A stretch of 62,969 nt of DNA, the filler included. It is 9 parts of 9 records of this genome, joined end to end, with 100 filler letters (N's around TTAATTAATTAA, not from the genome) between each part and the next. Parts side by side here need not be neighbours in the genome. Positions count along the whole stretch, not along the records: positions 1 to 11,395 come from SRR31147125_26051; positions 11,496 to 21,889 come from SRR31147125_26077; 7 more parts are not named here. One strand, written 5' to 3'. The position numbers and the translations under genes were made by a program. The notes beneath the pieces were generated by a model. It searched no databases and was not told the DNA's origin. It saw only the letters and a program-made list of their open reading frames with translations. Positions 10,546 to 19,957 of the stretch are shown one piece after another (position 1 is the stretch's first letter; the number at the start of each line of letters is the position of its first letter).

Positions 10546-11395
10546 ATGTATAAAATATTAAAAAAAGAGATACTAAACCCACAAGTAATTAGAATGGAAA
10601 TTGAAGCTCCTTTGGTTGCTAAAAAAGCGCAAGCAGGTCAGTTTATTATATTTAGAGTTGACGAGCAAGGTGAACGTGTTCCTTTAACTGTAGCGGATTA
10701 TAACAGAGAAAAAGGGAGTATCACTATAATATTTCAGACGGTAGGAAAATCTACCACTAAGCTTGGACAGTTAAATGAAGGAGATTATATAAAAGACTTT
10801 GTAGGTCCTCTTGGCGTTGCAACTCATTTTGGTAGCAACATAAAAAAGGCTGCAGTAATTGGCGGAGGGCTTGGAACCGCTATCGCTTATCCTCAAGCAA
10901 AAGCACTCCATAATATGGGGGTTGATGTAACTGCTATTTGTGGATTTAGAAATAGTGACTTGATTATTTTAGAAGATGAAGTGAACAAAATTAGCGGCAA
11001 AACAATAATTACAACTGATGATGGAAGCAACGGTAACAAGGGTTTTGTTACAACAGCTTTAGAACAAGAGATTGAATCTGGCGAAAAGTTTGATTTGGTT
11101 ATTGCGATTGGTCCACTAATAATGATGAAATTTGTGGCAAAGCTTACCGAAAAATATGGAATAAAAACAATTGTAAGCATGAACCCTATTATGATAGACG
11201 GAACAGGCATGTGCGGTGGCTGTAGGGTGACTGTTGGTGGAGAAACAAAGTTTGCATGTATTGATGGTCCTGATTTTGATGGACATCAAATAGACTTTGA
11301 TGAAGCCATGAGAAGACAGAATATTCATAAAACGCAAGAAAAGGATAGCCTTGATAGACACAATGAAAAGTGCAACCTTTTAAAGGAGGATAACT
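10546..11395 (+). CDS. NfnA/SudB-like FAD/NAD- and 2Fe-2S-binding subunit (runs to contig end)
   Basis: AGQFII, GERVPLT, GGGLGTA, MNPIMIDGTGMCGGCRV..FACIDGPDFD. Confidence 0.92.
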
Positions 11396-11495
11396 NNNNN
11401 NNNNNNNNNNNNNNNNNNNNNNNNNNNNNNNNNNNNNNNTTAATTAATTAANNNNNNNNNNNNNNNNNNNNNNNNNNNNNNNNNNNNNNNNNNNN
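11396..11495. other. artificial contig spacer
   Basis: N-run, TTAATTAATTAA, N-run. Confidence 0.99.
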
Positions 11496-11877
11496 TTTTC
11501 CAGCCTGGGATATGATTCATGCACGAAACCTAATTGAATCGCGTCCTTTTCTCGACAGGATACCGTTTCAGAAAATTATTTTAAATGAATATATTCCAGA
11601 AACAGATTATATAGTTGCAACACGTGGAAAAGATTATGTAATGGTATATATCCCAACCGGATGGGCAGCAGAACTGGATTTAAATCTTTGTGGATGGGAA
11701 AAAGCCAAAGCTTGGTGGTACAATTGCAGAACCGGAGAATCGACACAAATTGGAGAGTTTGAAACAAAACAAAAAAAAGCATTTAAACCTGAAAATGGTG
11801 GAAGAGGAAACGACTGGGTTCTGATACTTGATAATGCCGGAAAATCATTTAGTAAACCTTATTCACTTCAATTTTGA
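11496..11877 (+). CDS. C-terminal fragment of DUF4038/GH140 apiosidase-like protein (putative collagen-binding domain)
   Basis: LIESRPFLDRIP..ATRGKDY..VY.P.G..AWWYN.RTGE..DWVLIL; 5' end cut by contig edge. Confidence 0.7.
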
Positions 11878-11931
11878 TGCAAATAGTTTATATTTATCTT
11901 AATTCTTGAATATGGTCAATGAAATTTAAGT

Positions 11932-12910
11932 ATGAGAATTTGCCTGCTTACATTGTTTTTACATATCTCCCTTTACCTTACTGCCCAAAATGAAACAATA
12001 AAATATTTATCGGTAGAACAAGGTCTTTCTCAGAACGAAGTTACTGGTATTATTCAGGACAAAAATTATTTATGTGGTTTGCTACCCGTGCCGGATTAAA
12101 TCGTTTCGACGGGTATGATTTTGTCCAATTTAAATCAAGGGTCGATAACAAAAACTATCTATCCGATTCATCTATTGAGTGCCTTTATGAAGACCAGAAT
12201 GGCAATTTATGGATTGGCACAAAATCGGGAGGGCTTAATTTTTACGATGCTCAAAAAGAAACGTTTCAACACATTACAACCTTCGGACAACAACAACAAA
12301 CACTTACTGATATTACTATTACAAGCATTGCCGGAGCTACAAATGGTAATATTTTTGTGGGTACCAGGTCGAACGGATTATACATTCTTAATTTTGAAAG
12401 CGATTCTGTAAGTTATCTTTTCGAAGACTGTCACATTACCGATATTGTTTTTGATGGTGAAAATTTGGCTTGGATTGGTACAAGTAATGGTGTTTACAAG
12501 CTAAATATGACAACGTTTAAGCCTGAGCATTTATTTTTTGGAGAATACAGCCATATTACTGAAATACTTTTGCATTTATGGATAACAGGTTGGTCAGGTG
12601 GTTTAATAAGATTAAACAAACAAACACAAACTTGGGAAAGATACTCGCTTAACAAGAATGACGATTCATACCGCACCAGTTCAAATCAAACCTACTCTAT
12701 TCTTTTAAATAGCAGTAACCAATTGTTTGTTGGAACCTGGGGTGATGGTATTTACAATTTTGACAGAGAAAACAAGGTTTTCAGAAAAATAAATATTGAG
12801 CCAAAACCTTATGGTAGAAACAACTCCGATTATCAGGTTATCCTGGATATTTTTGAAGACAGGGATAATAATATTTGGATTGGAGTTGATGGTGGTGGGC
12901 TGGTACTTAT
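11932..12910 (+). pseudogene. truncated hybrid two-component sensor (Reg_prop beta-propeller N-terminus)
   Basis: Signal peptide, GLSQNEV..IIQD, MWFATRAGLNRFDGY, ED..GNLWIGT repeats; frameshift near 12066-12072; no kinase domain follows. Confidence 0.8.
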
Positions 12911-12990
12911 TAGTGGCTGGTATTTTCTGTCCACTATCATGGATGATTATTCTCGCTACATAATATCCTGGGAGTTATGTAAAAACATTA
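12911..12990 (+). mobile_element. small fragment of an IS3/IS481-type DDE transposase core
   Basis: GWYFLSTIMDDYSRYIISWELC matches the rve integrase-core motif. Confidence 0.65.
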
Positions 12991-13043
12991 GATTTTGTAA
13001 GTAGAATGAGATTAGGGTTTTATAGCTTTGTGTTTGCTCTTGA

Positions 13044-13130
13044 GGTGTAAATATGGTGTAAATAGTGCTCATTTTTTTAAGTTCGATAATTTTACCAATA
13101 GTTGTCTTTTTTTGCTTTCTGGTGTAAAAT
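13044..13130. repeat. GGTGTAAA direct repeats (three copies)
   Basis: GGTGTAAATA at 13044 and 13055; GGTGTAAAAT at 13121. Confidence 0.7.
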
Positions 13131-13410
13131 AATATAGCTTGCTATTTCTCTTTGAATATACATTATTTTTCAATTTTTCCTTCAGTTAATGATACTACAA
13201 CGAAAACCTAAATCGAAAACACAAATAAATTTTTTAATATGGTTGATTAGATTTGTCTTTATTTGTTCTCTGGATAACTATTTTTTAGCAGGAATAAGTA
13301 TTTGTTGTATGGTATGTTTTGTAACTGATATTTATTTTTTTGTAACTAAAAACCTTGAAATTAGTTACAAGCAATTTGGGTGTTGGTTACATGTTTTGTA
13401 TTTTTGAAGC

Positions 13411-14010
13411 ATGGAAAATACGGAAAAAGAAATAATTGAACGTATAAACAAAGCTCCGGGGAAAACCATCTTCTTTACTGAAGATTTCAGAGGAATGGGA
13501 AGCCCAGAGGCAGTAAAGGTAGCATTACACCGGATAGTGAAACGAAATGTAATTAATCGTTTGGCACGGGGAATTTATGCCAAGCCAGAATATAGCGAGT
13601 TATTAGGTGCAGAATTGATGCCTGGAGTTGAAGAAATAGCGAAAGCTATTGCAAAACGGGACCGGGCAAAAATAATCCCTACAGGTAGTTATGCTTTAAA
13701 TGCAATTGGATTAAGCACTCAAATACAAATGAACTTTGTTTATTTGACAGATGGTGAACCTCGAAAAATAAAAGTAGGAGAAGCTACAATTACGTTTAAG
13801 CGAACAGCTCCTAAAAATTTGAGTTATAAAAACCAAATGTGTATGCTTGTTGTACAGGCGCTAAAAGAAATAGGAAACGGAAAAGTGACGGAAACTGAAA
13901 AGGTAAAAGTCACAGAACTACTTAAGCAGGTTGAATACAGTGAATTAAAACATGATATAGCCCTTGCCCCGCAATGGATTGCAGAAATAATGGCTAAGGC
14001 ATTACAATAA
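13411..14010 (+). CDS. DUF6088 family AbiEi-like antitoxin/transcriptional regulator
   Basis: RLARGIYAKP, PTGSYALNAIGLSTQI, VYLTDG..R.I, APQWI; directly upstream of AbiEii-like gene. Confidence 0.85.
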   Translation: MENTEKEIIERINKAPGKTIFFTEDFRGMGSPEAVKVALHRIVKRNVINRLARGIYAKPEYSELLGAELMPGVEEIAKAIAKRDRAKIIPTGSYALNAIGLSTQIQMNFVYLTDGEPRKIKVGEATITFKRTAPKNLSYKNQMCMLVVQALKEIGNGKVTETEKVKVTELLKQVEYSELKHDIALAPQWIAEIMAKALQ

Positions 14011-14012
14011 TT

Positions 14013-15016
14013 ATGGCATCAATAAATTTTATAAAGCTAAAACCGGAAGAACAAAGAGAGATTTTTTCTTTCATTCAAAAAGATATACCTCTACCATTGG
14101 CATCGATTGAAAAAGATTGGTGGGTCGTTCAAACACTTGGAATGGTTTTTCAAATGGATTCAGCACCGCATATGGTGTTTAAGGGAGGTACTTCGTTAAG
14201 CAAAGCATGGGGCATAATAGAACGATTCTCAGAAGATGTCGATTTGGCATTATCAAGAGAGTTTCTTGGATTTGAAGGCAACATTAGTAGAACGCAAGTT
14301 GGTAAATTGCGGGATGCATCTTTCAAGTATATTTCGAAAACGTTTTTGCCTTAACTACAAGGAATATTTGAAAAAAATGGTTTTGTTGATTTGGATATAG
14401 AGCTGAGCGATGTAAAAACTCCCGACCAAGACCCGGTAAATATTGTAGTACGCTATGCGTCTGTTTGCGAAGAAAGTCCATACATTTTACCAGAGGTTAA
14501 ATTGGAAATTGGTAGCCGTGCAATGCGTGAACCATTTGAAAATCGAGATATAACTTCGTTAGTTGGTGAGAAATTTGAAGGCAGGTCTTTTGCAGACCAA
14601 AGTATTTTGATACCATGCGTGAAACCTGAACGTACGTTTTTAGAGAAGCTTTTTTACTGCACGAAGAATTCCAACGTCCGAAAAATAAAATAAGGGTAGA
14701 GCGATTAAGTCGACATTTGTACGATATAAACCGTATTGCCGGAACTAAATATGCTAACATTGCAATGGAGGATAAAGAACTATTTATGGCTATCGTTGAA
14801 CATCGTGAGCGTTTTACCAAGTTAGGCGGTGTGGATTATAGAAGTCATTATCCACCTACTTTAGATCCTATACCTCCAATAGAATTAGTAGATAAGTGGA
14901 GAAGCGATTATAACGCAATGCAAAAAGAAATGATTTACGGAGAATCGTTAGATTTTGATGAACTCATCGCTAAAATAGAAGAGCTTACCAAAAAAATTAA
15001 TGCACAGAAGTTGTAA
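14013..15016 (+). pseudogene. AbiEii/AbiGii nucleotidyltransferase toxin (in-frame stop plus frameshift)
   Basis: IEKDWWV, VFKGGTSLSK, RFSEDVDL, PERTFLEK, SRHLYD; TAA at 14352-14354; frameshift at T-run 14650-14655. Confidence 0.88.
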
Positions 15017-15349
15017 CTAATTAAACATATTGAGCAGTTTGGTTTCTTGAATGTGAATCAGTTTAAAAACTTTTTTCCTAATAAGAAAGTTGATGGTCGT
15101 ACTTTAAAAATTTGCAATAATGAGTAGTATGACTACTTAAAATATCATATTTAGAATGTGGCTTCTTTGGAATTGATTTCAATCTAACTTATACTTTGGT
15201 AGGTAGTATAAGTTAATATCTCATTAGCCTATCTCTATGCCTAACAGAAAATGTGCTCATCTATTATAAGATGGCTTCAAATAAAGAAGAATTTAAACCT
15301 CAAACATTGGCAGACTTTAAATGTCTGTATCTATGAGTTAATGTCAAAG

Positions 15350-16366
15350 TTAAAGAATCCTTTTAACAGATTCCCGTAGCTTCATTTCGGGTTTTAAAAT
15401 AACCTGATTGGCAATTAATTCACCTTCGTTGTTTAACCTTGCATACAAATAACGCAAAGCAATTTTGCAAATGTGCTCAACAGGTTGTGCAATACTTGTT
15501 ACTGGTGTAGCTAAAAAATCGAGGTAAGGGTGATCGTCAAAAGTAAGAATCGAAATATCTTCCGGCACTCTAATATTTTCTTCTTTCAAAGCTTTTATGC
15601 ATCCCATTGCAATGGTGTGGCTCAATGTAAAAATAGCAGTTGGACGTTCTTTCAGTTGTAATAAAAGTTTGGTTTCCAAATATCCATTCTGAACGCTAAA
15701 ATCATCCCCAACTACCTGCATGCTTTTAATACCAGCTTTTTTTATCGTTTCTTTAAAACCTTTCACTCTAAGCTTATTTGGAGTAGATTTTTTAACACCC
15801 TGAATACAAACTATTGAAGAATGCCCATTTTCAATGAGGTGTTTGGTAGCCATAATTGCTCCACTTTTATTGTCGGTGGATACATAGGGGATATTACTGT
15901 TTTCAAAATACCTATCCAATAATATTAAAGGTAATCCTTGCGTATTTATTTGCTCAATGTGTTCTACTTCGTTACCACAGGGCACAACTATAAGACCTTC
16001 AATATTTCGTCCAACAAATTGTTGAAGTTCCATTTTTTCGGCCTCAATATCTTCATTGCTGTCAGCAATAATCAGAGCATAACCTTGCTTGCGCACTTCG
16101 GTATTAATTAAGCTGGCAATGCTCGCAAAAAAAGGATTATCAAGAGAAGGAAGTATGAGGCCTAAGGTATTGCTTTTTCCTGTTCTTAAATTTGCTGCAA
16201 AATGGTTAGGGATATAATTCAGTTCTTTGGCAGCTTCCTTAATTATTTGTTGAGATTTTTTACCAATCCTATACTGTTTGGCTTTACCATTAAGTACCCT
16301 CGATACGGTTGTTATTGATAAACCCGTTTTTTCTGCAATGTCTTTTATGTTAACTTTTGATGCCAT
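15350..16366 (-). CDS. LacI family transcriptional regulator (RbsR/RusR-like)
   Basis: IKDIAEKTGLSITTVSRVLNG HTH plus periplasmic-binding fold; divergent from rbsK. Confidence 0.93.
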   Translation of the reverse strand: MASKVNIKDIAEKTGLSITTVSRVLNGKAKQYRIGKKSQQIIKEAAKELNYIPNHFAANLRTGKSNTLGLILPSLDNPFFASIASLINTEVRKQGYALIIADSNEDIEAEKMELQQFVGRNIEGLIVVPCGNEVEHIEQINTQGLPLILLDRYFENSNIPYVSTDNKSGAIMATKHLIENGHSSIVCIQGVKKSTPNKLRVKGFKETIKKAGIKSMQVVGDDFSVQNGYLETKLLLQLKERPTAIFTLSHTIAMGCIKALKEENIRVPEDISILTFDDHPYLDFLATPVTSIAQPVEHICKIALRYLYARLNNEGELIANQVILKPEMKLRESVKRIL

Positions 16367-16540
16367 AGCGCATGGTATTAACGTTTGTGCAAATATGTGA
16401 AATATGTTTAGTTAAACATATGTTTTTTGTATAAAATATCAGATTAGGACACGATAACTACACCTGTGTGCTCCATTGAAAAATGGTTTTACGATTTAAG
16501 ACTACGTTATTTTTATTGAATAAACATACAGTAAAAATGC

Positions 16541-16551
16541 GCAAACGTTTG
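16541..16551. promoter_or_regulatory. putative LacI-family operator
   Basis: Perfect palindrome CAAACGTTTG (16542-16551) in the lacI/rbsK intergenic region; related AACGTTTG near 16380. Confidence 0.6.
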
Positions 16552-16623
16552 TTCATTTCGTAATTTTTAGTTTGATTTGTATTGTAGAATCGTATTTTAT
16601 TCCAAGTTGTAAACCGAACATTT

Positions 16624-17553
16624 ATGAGCAAAATAGTAGTAGTTGGTAGTTCAAATACCGATTTAATTGCAAAAGTGAGAAACTTTCCAAAGGCAGGAGA
16701 AACCATTGAAGGAATTGCTTATATGCAAGCAATGGGTGGCAAAGGTGCCAATCAGGCCATTGCAGCGCACCGCTTGGGTGGCGATGTAAGTTTTATAACC
16801 TGCATGGGAGATGATGCCAACGGACAAAACACATTGCAATATTATAAAGAAGAAGGACTGGATGTTTCATCTTCGCTTATTATAGATGGCGTTTCGTCTG
16901 GAACCGCGATGATTTTCGTTGATGAAAATGGTGAAAATTGCATTGTAATAACACCTGGAGCTAACAACATGTTAACATCAGATTATATCTCAAAAGTAGA
17001 GTCTGAAATTGCAAAATCAGAATACGTAGTGCTACAAATGGAAATACCATACGAAACAGTTAAAAGCGTTTGTTTTTTAGCAAAAAAGCACGGAAGTAAA
17101 GTTATTATGAATGTGGCTCCTGCCAGAGAATTAGATAAGGAAATATTGAAAAATGTAGATGTTTTGGTCGTTAACGAAACAGAAGCTGAAACTATTTCAG
17201 GAGAAAAGATTGAAACTGTAGGAAAGGATGCTGTGATAAAAAAACTTATTTCAATGTGCGCATCGGAGGTGGTACTTACTTTGGGCAAAGAAGGATGCCT
17301 TTTGAAAAACACACAAAGCGAAATAAGCATGGGAGCTTTTAAAGTGGATGCATTGGATACCACTGCGGCTGGAGATACTTTTTGCGGGGCGCTGGCAGCC
17401 CGACTAAGTTTAGGCGAAAATTGGGAGTCGGCAGCTAAATTTGCATCTGCAGCTTCTGCAATTTGCGTTACCCGAATGGGGGCACAACCCTCTATCCCCT
17501 CTGAAAAGGAAGTACTTAATTTTTTGAATGACATAGAAATTAAACCAGTATAA
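16624..17553 (+). CDS. rbsK: ribokinase
   Basis: VVGSSNTD, GGKGANQA, N.APA, VNETEAE, DTTAAGDTFCG PfkB signature. Confidence 0.95.
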   Translation: MSKIVVVGSSNTDLIAKVRNFPKAGETIEGIAYMQAMGGKGANQAIAAHRLGGDVSFITCMGDDANGQNTLQYYKEEGLDVSSSLIIDGVSSGTAMIFVDENGENCIVITPGANNMLTSDYISKVESEIAKSEYVVLQMEIPYETVKSVCFLAKKHGSKVIMNVAPARELDKEILKNVDVLVVNETEAETISGEKIETVGKDAVIKKLISMCASEVVLTLGKEGCLLKNTQSEISMGAFKVDALDTTAAGDTFCGALAARLSLGENWESAAKFASAASAICVTRMGAQPSIPSEKEVLNFLNDIEIKPV

Positions 17554-17587
17554 ACTCAACTTAAATAATTAACCTAAATCAATCCAT

Positions 17588-18589
17588 ATGTTTATTGTAA
17601 ATAGTTATTCTTTAGCAATTGTTTTTTGCATAATTACTATGCTTTGCTGGGGCTCGTGGGGAAACACCCAAAAATTAGCCGGAAAAACCTGGCGGTACGA
17701 ATTATTCTATTGGGACTATGTTCTAGGTGTACTGATTTTATCTCTAATTTCTGCTTTTACCATCGGAAGTATGGGCGAAGGTGGTCGAGGATTTATTGAA
17801 GATCTTGGTCAGGCCGACATGAAAAATATTAGTAGTGCTTTCTTGGGCGGAATTATTTTTAATGCGGCCAATATTTTACTTTCAACAGCAATTGCGATAG
17901 CCGGAATGTCGGTTGCATTTCCTGTAGGGATTGGTTTAGCTCTTGTTTTGGGTGTAATCATAAATTATATGGGTTCGCAAAAAGGCGACCCGGTATTTTT
18001 ATTTATTGGTGTTGCACTTATTACGGTGGCCATTATTTTAAATGCAATAGCTTTCAAAAAAACAAGTGGGAACAACCAGAAAGTTTCGTCAAAAGGAATT
18101 CTTGTTTCTATTCTCGCCGGGGTATTAATGTCGTTCTTTTACCGTTTTGTGGCTGCATCGATGGACCTCGATAATTTTGTAAGCCCAGCAGCCGGCAAAA
18201 TGACTCCGTATACAGCGGTGGTTATTTTCTCACTGGGAATTTTTATTAGTAATTTCTTGTTTAATACTATTTTAATGAAAAAACCAATTAGTGGCGAACC
18301 AACTAATTACAAAGCCTACTTTAAAGGCAATTTTAAAATACACATGGTTGGTATTTTAGGCGGAATTATTTGGGGAATAGGAAATTCATTAAACCTTATT
18401 GCAGCAGGAAAAGCCGGTGCTGCCATTTCTTATGGACTTGGACAAGGTGCAACTTTGGTGGCTGCACTTTGGGGTGTTTTTATTTGGAAAGAATTTAGAG
18501 GTTCTTCAAAAAGTACCAATTCTCTTTTAGCTATTATGTTTGTTTTATTTGTTGCCGGTATTATTTCAATAATTTATGCCGGGCAGTAA
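17588..18589 (+). CDS. GRP/DMT-family sugar (ribose) transporter
   Basis: MLCWGSWGNTQK, WRYELFYWDY, AISYGLGQGATLVAALWGVFIWKEF; about 10 TM segments. Confidence 0.85.
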   Translation: MFIVNSYSLAIVFCIITMLCWGSWGNTQKLAGKTWRYELFYWDYVLGVLILSLISAFTIGSMGEGGRGFIEDLGQADMKNISSAFLGGIIFNAANILLSTAIAIAGMSVAFPVGIGLALVLGVIINYMGSQKGDPVFLFIGVALITVAIILNAIAFKKTSGNNQKVSSKGILVSILAGVLMSFFYRFVAASMDLDNFVSPAAGKMTPYTAVVIFSLGIFISNFLFNTILMKKPISGEPTNYKAYFKGNFKIHMVGILGGIIWGIGNSLNLIAAGKAGAAISYGLGQGATLVAALWGVFIWKEFRGSSKSTNSLLAIMFVLFVAGIISIIYAGQ

Positions 18590-18634
18590 TTGAATCAGTT
18601 AATATTTAAGTCTAAATCAACAAAATTTGAATAT

Positions 18635-19945
18635 ATGAAAATCATCAAATATATTATTGTTTTATGTATTGCAACACTTGCTTACCCACCTTTAACAGCC
18701 CAAAACAAGAAGCAAATTACGGAAGATGTATTCCGTGATAAAATAGATGGTTTCTGGTTGGGGCAACTTGTAGGAAATTATGTTGGTTTCCCTTTTGAAA
18801 ACATTTATGACAAGGAGCCAATTCCGATATTAATTGACCGTTATTATAACATAAAGGATTTAGATAGTCTGGATATTAGAATGAATGATAACGACAGACG
18901 ATCGCATACAGATATTATGGCAGATGCCTTGGGTGGTTCATGGAGCGATGATGATACCGATATTGAATTTGTTACCCTTCATGCAGTAGAAAAATACGGA
19001 TTAGATCTTTCGTATGAAGAGATTGCCGGAATGTGGAAAAAGCATATAAATCGTTATATATGGGCTGCAAACAGGAAAGCTCGCGATCTAATGGAAGACG
19101 GTATGCTACCTCCGGCTACCGGCAACAAATCAAATAATGAATTTTGGTATAGAATAACATCTCAACTTGTAAATGAGATTTGGAGTGCATTTTATCCGGG
19201 AATGATTGGGAAAGCTCAGGAAAGAGCATTGTGGGGAGCGCACATCATGTGTGATGATTGGGCAACACACGCAACTCAGGCTTATGCCGTAATGTACAGT
19301 GCAGCGTTTTTCGAGAGTGATGTAAATGTTCTTGTACAGATGGCTGCTGAAGCAATACCATCGGATAGTCCGTATAAAGAAGGAATGCTTGATGTTATAC
19401 AGTGGCACAAAGAGAATCCGAACTGGAGAGATGTCCGAACAAAAATTCATGAAAAATATTATGAAAAAGTTGGGGATTTTATTGTCCCAAGAGATAGTCG
19501 ATATGTGTGTTCAACCGTAAATGGTCTGTGCGGTGTTATGGCGATTTTATACGGTCAGGGCGATTTTACCAAAACAGTTGCTATTGCAACTTCTGCCGGT
19601 TACGATTGCGACAATCAGGCAGCTACCTGTGGCGGACTTCTTGGGGTAATAAACGGAGGAGCTTCAATTCCTGAGAAATTTACATTAGAACTTCCAAGCA
19701 GAAATAACTGGACAAAACCATTTAATGACCAATATATTAACTATGCCCGTGATGGACTTCCAAATTATAACACAAATAGCGATATAGTGCAACGAATAAT
19801 GGATGTTGCTGAAAAAGCCATTATTGATAATGGTGGAGCGAAAAAGGAGATGGGGGTAAAACCATTTTTGAAATTAATACCGATTTTTAATGAAAGTATT
19901 ATTCGTGTTCGCCTAAAACTACTAATTATTACCTGTTTACTTTAA
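18635..19945 (+). CDS. exported ADP-ribosylglycohydrolase family protein
   Basis: Signal peptide; DKIDGFWLGQ.VG, SDDDTD, GYDCDNQAATCGG; C-terminus may be frameshifted. Confidence 0.82.
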   Translation: MKIIKYIIVLCIATLAYPPLTAQNKKQITEDVFRDKIDGFWLGQLVGNYVGFPFENIYDKEPIPILIDRYYNIKDLDSLDIRMNDNDRRSHTDIMADALGGSWSDDDTDIEFVTLHAVEKYGLDLSYEEIAGMWKKHINRYIWAANRKARDLMEDGMLPPATGNKSNNEFWYRITSQLVNEIWSAFYPGMIGKAQERALWGAHIMCDDWATHATQAYAVMYSAAFFESDVNVLVQMAAEAIPSDSPYKEGMLDVIQWHKENPNWRDVRTKIHEKYYEKVGDFIVPRDSRYVCSTVNGLCGVMAILYGQGDFTKTVAIATSAGYDCDNQAATCGGLLGVINGGASIPEKFTLELPSRNNWTKPFNDQYINYARDGLPNYNTNSDIVQRIMDVAEKAIIDNGGAKKEMGVKPFLKLIPIFNESIIRVRLKLLIITCLL

Positions 19946-19957
19946 GACCCAATTGTT

